Made by a program: the position numbers and the translations under genes. 55,065 nucleotides of DNA from a virus (Duplodnaviria; Caudoviricetes), in the IMG/VR virus record IMGVR_UViG_3300031957_000171, positions 1 through 55,065 of that record; one strand, given 5' to 3'. Below, piece by piece: positions 34,604-44,858 of this stretch. Under the pieces are notes generated by a model. The model saw nothing but the letters and a program-made list of their open reading frames with translations. It was not told the DNA's origin and did no database searches. Each line of letters opens with the position of its first letter. Position 1 is the stretch's first letter.

Positions 34604-36148
34604 ATGGAGTTACTAGAGAATACTAATGAGTACCTACAACCCTACATTAACTTAAAGGGACTGTTAGATACTAAGATAGAACAAGACTGTAAAGATGATT
34701 TCCTGACATTCGTCAAAGTCATGGCACCTATGATGGTGTCTGACTGGAAGATGGGTCGTCATATTGAAGTTATATCAAATAAATTAAAAGATTTAGAGAA
34801 TGGTAAGATAAAACGACTGATGGTCTTTCTTCCACCACGGTCTTCTAAGTCTGTTATCTGCTCTAAGCTCTTCCCAGCTTGGTATATTGGTAGAAATCCT
34901 GCACATGAGATACTGACTGTCTCCCATAGTGACCAATTGTCCAGTGATTTTGGTAGGTCTGTCCGTGATGTGGTGGGTACTGAAGAGTTTGAGAAGATAT
35001 TTAAAGGAGTCTCTTTAAGAAGCGACGTCAGAGCTGCTGGTAAGTGGAAGACAAACCACAATGGGTCTTACTATGCAGCTGGTGTGCGTTCACAGATAGC
35101 TGGACGTGGTGCTCACATAGCTATACTGGATGATGTGATGTCTGAAGAGGACGCCATTAGTGCTTCAGGCAGGAGATACATCAAGGAATGGTATCCAGCG
35201 GGGCTTAGAACCCGCATCATGCCCAATGGGGCTATAGTAATTATTAATACACGCTACCACTATGATGATCTCTGTGGTTGGTTGTTAAAACAACAAGAGA
35301 ATATGGGAGAGTTTGAAACAATCCCATGGGAAGTAATTAGAATACCTGCATGGGTTGACGAAGAAGCAGCAGAATTGCTTGACTTACCTGTAGGCTCTAG
35401 TTACTTTCCCGAATGGAAGTCCGATGAAGTCTTACGCATGGATGAGAGTGAGATCAAAGCCTCCAATGGCAGTAGATACTGGAATGCTCTCTACATGCAA
35501 GACCCCACACCTGAAGAGGGTGGTATTATTAAGAAGAAATGGTTGAAATACTGGGATGATGAAGAACCACCTAGCTGTGATTTTATAATTCAAACATATG
35601 ATACTGCTTTCTCTACACGGACTACAGCTGACTACAGTGTTATCCAGACATGGGGTATATTCTCCATGTATAACCAAGATGATAATGGTTTAGAAGACTT
35701 AACCCCTAACTTAATCTTGCTAGGGAACATTAGAGGTAGGTTTGAGTACCCAGAACTAAGAAGGATTACTCAGAAACTGTATGATGAGCATAGACCAGAT
35801 GTGTGTATGGTTGAGAAGAAAGCCAGTGGACAGTCTTTGTTACAGGATATGCGTAGGAGTGGTCTCCCTGTAATGGAGTACACACCAGACAGGGATAAGG
35901 TATCCAGAGTGTACTCAGCTTCTCCAATCATTGAGGCTGGTAGAATGTGGATACCAAGTAAAAAGAAGTGGTCAGATGAATTAGTAGAGGAATTACTTAG
36001 GTTCCCCAATGCTGCTCACGATGACCAAGTAGATGCAATGACAATGGCTATCCACTACATGAAAGAGTCTTGGCATCTAACACATCCAGATGATCCAGAC
36101 CTTGAAGACTCACCACCAACTAAAAAGAAAACTTACTGGTCTTTCTAA
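34604..36148 (+). CDS. terL: Terminase large subunit
   Basis: PPRSSKS Walker A, AILDD Walker B, YDTA, VEKKASG, HDDQVDA. Confidence 0.95.
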   Translation: MELLENTNEYLQPYINLKGLLDTKIEQDCKDDFLTFVKVMAPMMVSDWKMGRHIEVISNKLKDLENGKIKRLMVFLPPRSSKSVICSKLFPAWYIGRNPAHEILTVSHSDQLSSDFGRSVRDVVGTEEFEKIFKGVSLRSDVRAAGKWKTNHNGSYYAAGVRSQIAGRGAHIAILDDVMSEEDAISASGRRYIKEWYPAGLRTRIMPNGAIVIINTRYHYDDLCGWLLKQQENMGEFETIPWEVIRIPAWVDEEAAELLDLPVGSSYFPEWKSDEVLRMDESEIKASNGSRYWNALYMQDPTPEEGGIIKKKWLKYWDDEEPPSCDFIIQTYDTAFSTRTTADYSVIQTWGIFSMYNQDDNGLEDLTPNLILLGNIRGRFEYPELRRITQKLYDEHRPDVCMVEKKASGQSLLQDMRRSGLPVMEYTPDRDKVSRVYSASPIIEAGRMWIPSKKKWSDELVEELLRFPNAAHDDQVDAMTMAIHYMKESWHLTHPDDPDLEDSPPTKKKTYWSF

Positions 36149-36174
36149 AAAACGTAGTTTTACTACATTTAAAT

Positions 36175-36203
36175 TTGGATAACAATAAAAAGTATGGTAT
36201 AAT
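36175..36203 (+). promoter_or_regulatory. Sigma70-like promoter
   Basis: TTGGAT-N17-TATAAT with TGn; shares aagtatggtataatag with the 41333 promoter. Confidence 0.55.
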
Positions 36204-36206
36204 AGA

Positions 36207-36611
36207 ATGGTAAGTGAATTAGAAAAAGTATTGCTTATATTATCATTGTCTAACAGACATGAGAATTGGAATGTGAAAGATATACAGAGATTGGTTATAC
36301 CGCCACTAAAATTAAACCAATACAGAATATATATAGATGAAGAAGTTCCGCTGTGTTATGCAAGCTGGGCAATGTTTCCAAAAGAAGCTGACGAAGGTTA
36401 TAAAAATAAAACCAGAAAGATTCAACCAAAAGACTGGGATAGTGGGAATAACCTTTGGCTGGTAGATGTGATATGTCCTTTTGGAGGTACACGTAGTGCA
36501 ATTAAAAGATTAGACACTTTAAGAAAAGAACTGGGATTACCAGATAAAGTAAATTTTTATAGAGGCAAACGGTTGGGGAGCAATAGAGTAAATAATGTTA
36601 CACGAATTTAA
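36207..36611 (+). CDS. RTX toxin-activating lysine acyltransferase (HlyC/RtxC family)
   Basis: SxxH (SNRH), [29 protein letters not shown]. Confidence 0.85.
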   Translation: MVSELEKVLLILSLSNRHENWNVKDIQRLVIPPLKLNQYRIYIDEEVPLCYASWAMFPKEADEGYKNKTRKIQPKDWDSGNNLWLVDVICPFGGTRSAIKRLDTLRKELGLPDKVNFYRGKRLGSNRVNNVTRI

Positions 36612-38049
36612 AAGACCAATGTGGAATGACGGTTACTCTAAGGAGCAGCCTTGGCTTAACTATTTTAATAGCTACGAACGTACGCACTGTTGCTTTGAGG
36701 GTGATCCTGAGGGTGATGAGAGTGGTGGTGATGATGACATCACGAGTGGTGGCACTGGAACTAGCACTGGAACTGGCACTGGCACTGGAACTGGCACTGG
36801 CACTGGTAGTGGCACTGGTAGTGGCACTGGTGTTGGTACAGGTAGTGGCACTGGTGTTGAGGACGAAATAGTAGATGTCGCACCTGAGGGCTTTTCAATT
36901 GGGCCGGGTACTGGTGGTGGCACTGGAACTGGTGGCACTGGAACTGGTGGCACTGGAACTGGTGGCACTGGAACTGGTGGCACTGGAACTGGTGGCACTG
37001 GTGGTGGTTGGGGTGAACCTGACATTCCCAATCCCGAAGATTTTTCATGGTCTGCATCCAAAGGTTTTACTGCGCCTTCCGTAACATCGGCAACTACAGC
37101 CGATGATTTGGAAACAATCGGAGTAGACAATATTACAGACTTAGCTACAATGCAAGCTATGTATAATAATCCTGATGCTTATGGTGTAGGTTATAATGAT
37201 TTTGTAGACATGGGTTATTTTGAAAAGGCTGCAGCTGCGGATTATGAACGGGAGAAAGCTGCTGCTGCTGCCCTTCAAGCCTCTTATAGAGATAAAGGTA
37301 AGGATGTTACTATAAGTGTAAATAAAGATGGTCTTTATAACTATACGGGTAAAGACGCATTTTCAGTCGGATACAGCGAGATGGGTAAGGGTGCTGAACT
37401 TCTAGGACGAAATTTTGGCATTGGAAGTGTTGTGGATGGTTTTAACAGAGCATTTGGAACAACTGACGAAAAAGCCGGAATAAGTACGGTTGCTGGGGGC
37501 GAGTATTATGGAGGCTTGCGAGAAGAAGATATAACTTCTGAACAAATAGAAGCTTCTAGGGGAGGATCTAATTCTAGTGATGGTCAATCTGATTCTAGTG
37601 ATGATCAATCTACTTCACAACAAAATGAAGATGACACTTTTGGAGAAGATGAACCTGATGAAGGTGTAGACGATACAGATACAGATACAGAGACATCTAC
37701 AACAGAATCTGAAGAAGAAGAAGAAGCACCAGAAACTGCTATGGAAGCATACTTTAGAAAATTAGGAATTGCCAGCCCTGCCCTTACCGTTCCTTCTACT
37801 TCTCCCTCTTATTTTCAAGGGTATCCTTCTTACTTACCACCAACAGGACCAGCCGCTAATGCAGCTTATCGCAGAAAATTAGCATTAAGAACTCCTAGAT
37901 ATCAGGAACCTTCAGGAACAAATCCTAGTATTGCTACATATGCAGCAGCATATGGAATACCATATACAGAAGCTGCCAAGAAGTTTGCACCACCAAGTGT
38001 CCCCGCAATGGGTGGTGGTGGTCTTCGTAGTTTGATGGAGTATAAATAA
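36595..38049 (+). CDS. Gly/Thr-rich, acidic low-complexity protein (putative virion protein)
   Basis: 484 aa; overlaps acyltransferase and portal genes; (GT)n and (GGTGT)n tracts. Confidence 0.65.
   Translation: MLHEFKRPMWNDGYSKEQPWLNYFNSYERTHCCFEGDPEGDESGGDDDITSGGTGTSTGTGTGTGTGTGTGSGTGSGTGVGTGSGTGVEDEIVDVAPEGFSIGPGTGGGTGTGGTGTGGTGTGGTGTGGTGTGGTGGGWGEPDIPNPEDFSWSASKGFTAPSVTSATTADDLETIGVDNITDLATMQAMYNNPDAYGVGYNDFVDMGYFEKAAAADYEREKAAAAALQASYRDKGKDVTISVNKDGLYNYTGKDAFSVGYSEMGKGAELLGRNFGIGSVVDGFNRAFGTTDEKAGISTVAGGEYYGGLREEDITSEQIEASRGGSNSSDGQSDSSDDQSTSQQNEDDTFGEDEPDEGVDDTDTDTETSTTESEEEEEAPETAMEAYFRKLGIASPALTVPSTSPSYFQGYPSYLPPTGPAANAAYRRKLALRTPRYQEPSGTNPSIATYAAAYGIPYTEAAKKFAPPSVPAMGGGGLRSLMEYK
36748..37003 (+). 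repeat. Tandem 6-/15-nt coding repeats (GT, GGTGT)
   Basis: ggcactggaact and ggtggcactggaact arrays. Confidence 0.85.
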
Positions 38050-40529
38050 TGGCTACAGAACGCAATCCCTTTGATAAGATACCTGAAGGTACAGAGACTA
38101 ATATAATTGCTATGATGCCTGAAGAAAATTCTAATGTCTCTATTGAGATTGATCCTACTGATGGCGGTGTAATTGTAGACTTCTCTTCTGAAGAAGATGC
38201 AGTCATGGAACCATCAGAAGAAATCAGTGAATGGTATGCTGACCTAAGTGAAGACCTCGAAGCAGAAGAACTACAGGATATTGCCAGTGATGTAATTGAA
38301 AATTTTAATGCAGATAAAGATAGTCGTGCTGAATGGGAGTCTATGTTTGAACGAGGCTTTGACCTACTTGGTCTCAAGCTGGAAGAAGGTTCAGAACCAT
38401 TCCAAGGTGCATGTACTGCTGTACATCCCCTCCTAATTGAATCGGCTGTCAAGTTCCAATCAAAAGCTTCAGGTGAGTTGTTCCCTGCCAGTGGCCCTGT
38501 CAAGGCACAGATACTTGGTGCTGCAACTCCAGAGAAAGAGATGCAAGCCAACAGAGTTCAGAACTTTATGAACTTCCAGCTTACTGAACAGATGCCTGAG
38601 TACTTTGATGAATTTGAAAGGATGCTTTTTCATCTACCATTAATAGGTTCAGCATTCAAGAAAGTTTATTATAATGCTACACTGAAAAGGCCCGTATCAG
38701 AATTTATCCCCATAGACCAGTTCTATGTGTCTTACTACGCAAACGATCTCAGAAATGCGGACCGATATACTCATGTAATTCAAAAAAGCCCAGTAGACAT
38801 GAAGTTGGACATGATGTCTGGTGTCTATAAAGACATTGAACTTCCTGAACCAGCCCAGCTTTCTGCATCAGGGTTTGCCAGCAAGATAGATAATATTCTT
38901 GGTCTTTCTCCATCATATGATTCTGATCCACAGTATGTTATCTTAGAACAACATTGTTATCTTGATCTTGAAGAAGAGGGTGTACCTTGCCCTTATATCG
39001 TAACTGTTGAAGAACAGTCAAGACAAGTTTTAAGTATTCGTAGAAACTACAAGCAAGACGATCCAAACAAAGAGAAACGAAGTCACTTCGTTCACTATAG
39101 GTTTGTTCCCGGCTTTGGTTTCTACGGGTTGGGCCTTATCCATTTCCTCGGTAACCTCACCATGTCGGCAACTGCTGCAATGCGCTCCCTAATAGATGCA
39201 GGACAGTTTGCCAATTTACCGGGCGGATTTAAGGCCAAGGGAGTGCGGATGGTTGGTGACAACGATCCTATCGCCCCCGGCGAGTTCAAGGAGGTCGAAG
39301 CAACTGGTATTGATTTATCAAGGGCAATAGTTCCCCTGCCTTATAAAGAGCCTTCCCAAACGCTCTTCCAGATGCTTGGGTTCGTGACTGCTGCTGGTCA
39401 GAAGTTTGCGGACAGTACTGAGCAAGTTATCTCTGATGCTGCCTCCTATGGACCCGTGGGTACTACAATGGCATTGCTAGAAGCTTCAAGTAAGTTCTTC
39501 TCTGCAATCCATAAAAGATTACATAAATCACAGAAGGATGAATTTAGAATCCTTGCACAAATAGATTATGATTATCTACCTGATAAGTATCCATACCAAG
39601 TACCATTTGAAGATCGTGATATCTTCAAGGCTGACTTTGATGGACGTGTAGATATTATTCCTGTCTCTGATCCTAACATTCCATCCAATGCCCATCGTAT
39701 GATGTTGTCTAACATGGCTTTGCAAATGGCACAGCAATCCCCACCGGGAATGTTTAACATTGAAGAACTGAATAGGACTATTCTTAGTGCTGCTAATATG
39801 CCTAACCTAGAGCAGATACTTCCACCAAAGATTGAGCCTCAACCTCTTGATCCTGTATCAGATATCATGGCTGTTACAAAGGGTCTGCCTATTGCAGCCT
39901 TCCCGTCTCAGAACCATGATGCCCACATACAAGTTAAGATGATGTATCTTCAAGACCCAGCAAATGGTGCTAATCCTATCATGGCTCGTATCAAACCTGT
40001 ACTTGAATCTAACATACAAGAACATTCTGTACTGAAGTATCAAGAACAAATGAATGGTGTTACATCACAGATGCTACAGCAAGTTCCGGTAGAACAACAA
40101 GGACAGTCTACTGTTATTGAGATGGCTATGGCGGAGGCTGCACAAAAAGTTATGCAAGCCAATCAACAACCACCACCGCCTACACCAGAACAACAACTGG
40201 TTGCTCTTGAACAGGAGAAGGTTAAACTACAGCAACAGAAGCTTCAAGCTGATACAACAATCAATGCTGCTGAACTTGAGCTTAAAACAAAAGAGCTTGA
40301 TCTTAAAGAGAATGCACAAATACTTGATATGCTTGAGTCTGGTGCTACTGATAACTTTAAACGTGAGAAAGCTGAAGCAGACCGAGAAACAAAGAAAGAA
40401 TTATCAGCAATGAATAATCTTGCTAAGATAGAAGTTGAAAGAATGAAAGACGAAAAAGATACAGAGAATACTAAAGTTAATACACTATCTCGTGTAGCAA
40501 TAGAAGAAATGAAAAAGGGAGACAGCTAA
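38049..40529 (+). CDS. Portal protein
   Basis: 826 aa after terL; HPLL.E, GSAFKK, PGFGFYG, VGTT.ALLE; Gln-rich coiled-coil tail. Confidence 0.85.
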   Translation: MATERNPFDKIPEGTETNIIAMMPEENSNVSIEIDPTDGGVIVDFSSEEDAVMEPSEEISEWYADLSEDLEAEELQDIASDVIENFNADKDSRAEWESMFERGFDLLGLKLEEGSEPFQGACTAVHPLLIESAVKFQSKASGELFPASGPVKAQILGAATPEKEMQANRVQNFMNFQLTEQMPEYFDEFERMLFHLPLIGSAFKKVYYNATLKRPVSEFIPIDQFYVSYYANDLRNADRYTHVIQKSPVDMKLDMMSGVYKDIELPEPAQLSASGFASKIDNILGLSPSYDSDPQYVILEQHCYLDLEEEGVPCPYIVTVEEQSRQVLSIRRNYKQDDPNKEKRSHFVHYRFVPGFGFYGLGLIHFLGNLTMSATAAMRSLIDAGQFANLPGGFKAKGVRMVGDNDPIAPGEFKEVEATGIDLSRAIVPLPYKEPSQTLFQMLGFVTAAGQKFADSTEQVISDAASYGPVGTTMALLEASSKFFSAIHKRLHKSQKDEFRILAQIDYDYLPDKYPYQVPFEDRDIFKADFDGRVDIIPVSDPNIPSNAHRMMLSNMALQMAQQSPPGMFNIEELNRTILSAANMPNLEQILPPKIEPQPLDPVSDIMAVTKGLPIAAFPSQNHDAHIQVKMMYLQDPANGANPIMARIKPVLESNIQEHSVLKYQEQMNGVTSQMLQQVPVEQQGQSTVIEMAMAEAAQKVMQANQQPPPPTPEQQLVALEQEKVKLQQQKLQADTTINAAELELKTKELDLKENAQILDMLESGATDNFKREKAEADRETKKELSAMNNLAKIEVERMKDEKDTENTKVNTLSRVAIEEMKKGDS

Positions 40530-40708
40530 TGATGACAAAAGGTAAAGGGTATTCGGAGCATGTAAAGAATACTGCAAAAGGTTTTGGTGATGCACCCAAG
40601 GCTGAAGTATATGGTGGCCGTGGTTCACGAAGTGTTCTCAATGAATGGGACAAATCTTCTTATGAATTTCCAGCCCCAAAGAAAAGTACTAAGAAGGCTT
40701 CACTGTAA
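40529..40708 (+). CDS. Small basic protein (59 aa, not in ORF track)
   Basis: TAATG coupling to portal, GGAG RBS. Confidence 0.55.
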   Translation: MMTKGKGYSEHVKNTAKGFGDAPKAEVYGGRGSRSVLNEWDKSSYEFPAPKKSTKKASL

Positions 40709-40713
40709 CCCAG

Positions 40714-40902
40714 ATGGAAATTTGGGATGAAGTTGTGCAAGAATTTAACGAAGAAATTGAAAGATTAAAAGTATCACTAAGTAATGGTGTTGCTGAAGAT
40801 TTTGCCCACTACAGACAACTTGTAGGTTCTGTACAAGGTCTGGAGTGGGCAAGAACAAACCTAACAGAAATTATTAAAAAAAGGATGTATAAAGAGGATT
40901 AA
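40714..40902 (+). CDS. Small helical hypothetical protein
   Basis: Y..LVG...GL pattern; precedes groES. Confidence 0.6.
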   Translation: MEIWDEVVQEFNEEIERLKVSLSNGVAEDFAHYRQLVGSVQGLEWARTNLTEIIKKRMYKED

Positions 40903-41331
40903 ATGAGACAGGTACAAATGGGTAATGCAATGAAGAATGACGAATGGATTGATATTGAAGATGAAGTAAGTGACCCAGCTGATCTTCCAGAACTACCGGG
41001 CTTTCATGTTTTAGTAAGGCCGTTGACAGTAAAGAGTAAAACAAAGGGTGGTATCTTTATTCCTGATTCCACCAAGGATGACATGAGTTATCTTACAACT
41101 GTGGGTAAGGTAATCGCATTAGGAGACTTGGCTTACAAAGATGTAGATAAGTTTCCCAATGGGGACTGGTGTAAGGTAGGAGACTACGTATGCTACGGTA
41201 AACATGCAGGAACAAAGCTATACTATCAGAATGTTAAACTATTACTATTGTTTGATGATCAGGTAATTATGCGAGTAAGTGATCCAAAGAATCTTGATCC
41301 TACATTTAATTTAGGAAAAGGCTCTCACTGA
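40903..41331 (+). CDS. groES: Co-chaperonin GroES-like protein
   Basis: VLVRP....KTKGGIFIP; G.V.ALG; KVGD.V...K.AG; D..VI. Confidence 0.85.
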   Translation: MRQVQMGNAMKNDEWIDIEDEVSDPADLPELPGFHVLVRPLTVKSKTKGGIFIPDSTKDDMSYLTTVGKVIALGDLAYKDVDKFPNGDWCKVGDYVCYGKHAGTKLYYQNVKLLLLFDDQVIMRVSDPKNLDPTFNLGKGSH

Positions 41332-41332
41332 T

Positions 41333-41361
41333 TTGTGATAAGCCAATAAGTATGGTATAAT
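41333..41361 (+). promoter_or_regulatory. Sigma70-like promoter for scaffold/capsid operon
   Basis: TTGTGA-N17-TATAAT with TGn. Confidence 0.6.
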
Positions 41362-41417
41362 AGTATAACAATAAATTATTACGTAAGGCGTTTGTCTCGT
41401 AAGCAACGGAGAATATA

Positions 41418-42344
41418 ATGATTGAGAACGATGATTGGAGTACTGTTGAAGTATCCCAAGGTGAAGTAGAGTATGAAATTGAAGAGCCTGTAGTTAAACA
41501 GAAGGCTCAAGAAGATATTAAAGAAGATGACACCGAAGTTGAAGAGCCTAAAGAACTTGAAGGAATTGAAACGGCTGGTGCAGAAAAAAGAATTAGGCAA
41601 CTTGTTAAACAAAGAAAAGAACGAGAAGAACAAGTAACATCTTTACAAATACAGAATGAAGAATTAAATAAAAAGTTATTGGGTAAAGAGAATGAAGTAC
41701 AGAGTATGGGTAAACGTACTCTTGCTATGTCAGAGAAACAGCTAACAGATAAAATAGCATTAGCAAGAGAAGTTTACCTAGAAGCATTTGAAGAAGGAGA
41801 AAAAGAAAAACTTCTAAATGCTCAAGAAATGTTAAACGAAGCACAAGGTGATTTAAAAGCAGTCAATAGTGCTAAAGCACGTTATGCACAACAAGAACAG
41901 AAAGCTGTGGAACAGTCAGTGGCACAACAGCAGCAGGTTCCACAGGCAGCGTCTGATCCTAAAGCAGAACAGTGGGCATCAGATAATAATTGGTTTGGTA
42001 AAGATAATGTGATGACTGCGGCTGCACTTGCTATTGATGCAGAACTAAAGAATGAAGGATATGATCCAAGTGATAATGATTTTTATCAAGAAATTGATAA
42101 CCGAATTAAAACGTCTTTTCCACATAAGTTTGAAGAAGACAAAGAACGTGTTCAGGAAACTACGTCAAGTCCTGCTCAAGTGGTGTCGGGGAGTTCTCGC
42201 TCTTCTCCGAGTTCTAGGAAAAAGGTTAAGCTTTCGCAAGAAGATTTAAGGCTTGCCCAAAAATGGAATATACCTCTTGAAACGTATGCCGCTCAGAAGC
42301 TTAAAGTACATCAAGCTGATGGCGACTATACAGATATAAAATAG
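41418..42344 (+). CDS. Capsid scaffolding protein
   Basis: Acidic coiled coil, DPKA..W...N.WFG, position before capsid genes. Confidence 0.7.
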   Translation: MIENDDWSTVEVSQGEVEYEIEEPVVKQKAQEDIKEDDTEVEEPKELEGIETAGAEKRIRQLVKQRKEREEQVTSLQIQNEELNKKLLGKENEVQSMGKRTLAMSEKQLTDKIALAREVYLEAFEEGEKEKLLNAQEMLNEAQGDLKAVNSAKARYAQQEQKAVEQSVAQQQQVPQAASDPKAEQWASDNNWFGKDNVMTAAALAIDAELKNEGYDPSDNDFYQEIDNRIKTSFPHKFEEDKERVQETTSSPAQVVSGSSRSSPSSRKKVKLSQEDLRLAQKWNIPLETYAAQKLKVHQADGDYTDIK

Positions 42345-42348
42345 TAGC

Positions 42349-42855
42349 GTGGAGAATAAAATGGATACAACACGAAATGAAACACGTAGTGACACTCTAC
42401 GAGAACAGAATCTACGAGAAGATCAATGGACCTATGAGGAACCCGATGCCCTCACTATCCCAGAGGTAGTAAAAGCACGTTATGACAATGAGGGTATGTC
42501 CCTTCGTTGGCTGCGTATATCGTTAAAAGGTCAAGACGACATCACTAATGTTGGTAAGAAACAACAGGCAGGGTGGGTCTTCGTAACTCCTGATGAAGTT
42601 CCCGAAATGGCTGTTACATCCTTCGTGAGGGATGAAGGCCGTTACCTTGGTACAGTCTGTCGTGGAGACTTAGCATTGGCTAAAATGCCAGCTGGCAAGG
42701 TAAATGCCCGGAGAAAGCATTATGAAAACAAAGCAAATGATATGATGGATGCAGTAAATGCCCAGCTTATGAAAAACTCTGATTCTCGTATGCCTATCTC
42801 CAACACAAGTAAATCGGTAACAACACGAGGAAGGCGACCTTCTTTTCAGAACTAG
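42349..42855 (+). CDS. Head-module hypothetical protein
   Basis: RWLR, GW.FV, GDL.L.K pattern; start may be 42361. Confidence 0.6.
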   Translation: MENKMDTTRNETRSDTLREQNLREDQWTYEEPDALTIPEVVKARYDNEGMSLRWLRISLKGQDDITNVGKKQQAGWVFVTPDEVPEMAVTSFVRDEGRYLGTVCRGDLALAKMPAGKVNARRKHYENKANDMMDAVNAQLMKNSDSRMPISNTSKSVTTRGRRPSFQN

Positions 42856-42882
42856 CTTTCTTCTTAACAAGGAGATGAAACA

Positions 42883-43497
42883 ATGTCTACTACTAAAGCA
42901 TTTCGTGGTTTCATTCCTGCTCGTAAAAAGAGTGGTGGCTACAATAACGAAGCCGTGACTGACATGATTACGTTGACCTCAACGGGTCAGGCTCAGTCGC
43001 CCACTAATACCATTTTCACAGGCGATCCGGTAGTTCTTCCGGGTGCAAACTTTGCAACGATTTCGCCTTTCATTGCGGCAACTCTTAAACCTTCAGGGGT
43101 TTTCATGGGCTGTCAATATGTAGAAAATGGAGAGCAGAAGTTTTCCCGCTATTGGAACGGGGGCTTGAGTGCCACGGATATTAAATTCTTTGTAATCACT
43201 GATCCAGATCAGACGTATTACATCCAAGCCTCTCTCTCGCTTTCAGCGGGTGAGTTGGCAATTGTCAAAAACTATAATGTAACAGTTAGTTCTACTGCTT
43301 CTTCGGGAAGTACAGTGACTGGTCAGTCCAGTTACTATCTTGACGGAGCTTCAGGTGTAGAATCTTCTGCAGCGGTTCGTGTAATTGGTCGTGCTAAATA
43401 CCCAGACGAGAAAGATTCGGATGCGTATCCAATCGTTGAAGTATGGCTCAACCATCACCGTGATCGTTTTGTAACTGCTACGGCATCAACAGCTTGA
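42883..43497 (+). CDS. Putative capsid decoration / minor capsid protein
   Basis: GF.P, IFTGD.V, GVF.GC; beta-rich; directly before MCP. Confidence 0.6.
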   Translation: MSTTKAFRGFIPARKKSGGYNNEAVTDMITLTSTGQAQSPTNTIFTGDPVVLPGANFATISPFIAATLKPSGVFMGCQYVENGEQKFSRYWNGGLSATDIKFFVITDPDQTYYIQASLSLSAGELAIVKNYNVTVSSTASSGSTVTGQSSYYLDGASGVESSAAVRVIGRAKYPDEKDSDAYPIVEVWLNHHRDRFVTATASTA

Positions 43498-43512
43498 TAG
43501 GAAGGAATTATT

Positions 43513-44430
43513 ATGGCTATTAATAGAGCTAGTATTAGCAAAGAACTCCTTCCCGGTCTAAACGCTGTTTTTGGAATGGAGTATGGAGAGGTAAATAACG
43601 AGCATGAACCTCTTTTCGAAGTAGAAAACTCAGATCGTGCCTTTGAAGAAGAAGTACTCTTCACTGGTTTCGGTACTGCACCCACTAAGGGTGAAGGTGC
43701 TTCTGTTTCTTATGATGACGCACAGGAAAGCTATTCAGCCCGTTATACGGCTGAGACGATAGCTCTTGCCTTTGCTGTCACCGAAGAAGCTATGGAAGAT
43801 AATCTGTATGACACGTTTGCGAAACTTCGTGCGAAAGGTCTTGCACGGGCGATGGCGAACACCAAGCAGGTTAAAGCTGCAAACATCTACAACAATGGTT
43901 TCTCTGATACCATTGGTGACGGTGCTGCATTCTTCTCTGCATCTCATCCAACCATTTCTGATGGTCTCCAGTCAAACCTTCTTGGTGCGGCTGATCTGTC
44001 AGAAGCAACCCTTGAGACTGCACTAACCACTGCTCAGAAAACCAAAGATGATCGTGGTATTCTGATTGGTGCTTCTGTAGTTTCTTTGCACATCCCCGTT
44101 GATTACTGGGCCGTTGCTGATAAGATTCTCAGCAGCCCCGGCAACACCGGAACGAGTGCAGCCAGTGCCAACCCCAATACGAATGCTATCAACGCTATTC
44201 GTAATATGGGTATGGTCCCTGAAGGCTACTACATTAACCGTCGCTTCACTGATACTGATGCGTGGTTTGTTAAGACTGATGTGCCGAATGGAACGAAGAT
44301 GTTCGTCCGTTCTCCGCTTCAGACTAAAATGGAGCCTGATTTTGATACCGGCAATCTGCGATTCAAAGCCCGTGAGCGTTATAGCTTCGGTGTCTCTGAT
44401 TGGCGTGGATGGTACGGTTCTGCTGGCTGA
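43513..44430 (+). CDS. Major capsid protein
   Basis: KELLPGLN..FG, S.RAFEE, EA.EDNLY, FDT.N..FKA.ERYSFG..DWR. Confidence 0.85.
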   Translation: MAINRASISKELLPGLNAVFGMEYGEVNNEHEPLFEVENSDRAFEEEVLFTGFGTAPTKGEGASVSYDDAQESYSARYTAETIALAFAVTEEAMEDNLYDTFAKLRAKGLARAMANTKQVKAANIYNNGFSDTIGDGAAFFSASHPTISDGLQSNLLGAADLSEATLETALTTAQKTKDDRGILIGASVVSLHIPVDYWAVADKILSSPGNTGTSAASANPNTNAINAIRNMGMVPEGYYINRRFTDTDAWFVKTDVPNGTKMFVRSPLQTKMEPDFDTGNLRFKARERYSFGVSDWRGWYGSAG

Positions 44431-44440
44431 TAAGATAGTT

Positions 44441-44470
44441 GAGAGGGGTAGTGTACAAGCTACCTCTCTC
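44441..44470 (+). terminator. Hairpin after MCP (weak terminator or stabiliser)
   Basis: gagaggggtag...ctacctctctc; no clear U tract. Confidence 0.45.
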
Positions 44471-44490
44471 ATACTTATAAGGGAGTTATT

Positions 44491-44856
44491 ATGACAACAA
44501 ATATTAAAGTAGCACAAAATGTAAGTACAGATGGTGCTATTATCACAGGGTTTCGTTACGTAGATAGCGGCCTAACACTTGGAGATGAAGGCACAGGAAG
44601 CAGTCCTACGCCCTCACATACTCGTGTTATGGCTATGCACGTATACTCCACAATTGTTGGAGACATTATTATTAAAGGTACTAAACAGATTACGAATAAG
44701 ACAGCAGCAGGTACAGCCCTTCGATGGCGTGTTGCTGCACTTGATTCACAAGATACTTACGTAGGAGATATGGGTGTAGGCGTATTTGGAATTGTAAGTC
44801 TTGCAACTTCAGGTGCTGCTGCTATGGCCCCAACTATTACATTATATGTAGGCTAA
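44491..44856 (+). CDS. Putative virion structural protein
   Basis: Beta-rich, GGAG RBS, follows MCP. Confidence 0.55.
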   Translation: MTTNIKVAQNVSTDGAIITGFRYVDSGLTLGDEGTGSSPTPSHTRVMAMHVYSTIVGDIIIKGTKQITNKTAAGTALRWRVAALDSQDTYVGDMGVGVFGIVSLATSGAAAMAPTITLYVG

Positions 44857-44858
44857 CA

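Noticed and set aside
36626-37130. Alternative-frame ORFs (ALELALE, PVPVP, CHQFQC)
   Set aside because: Shadow translations of the tandem repeat.
36595-38049. RTX toxin or collagen-like protein
   Set aside because: Repeats are GGTGT/GT, not GGxGxDxUx or Gly-X-Y.
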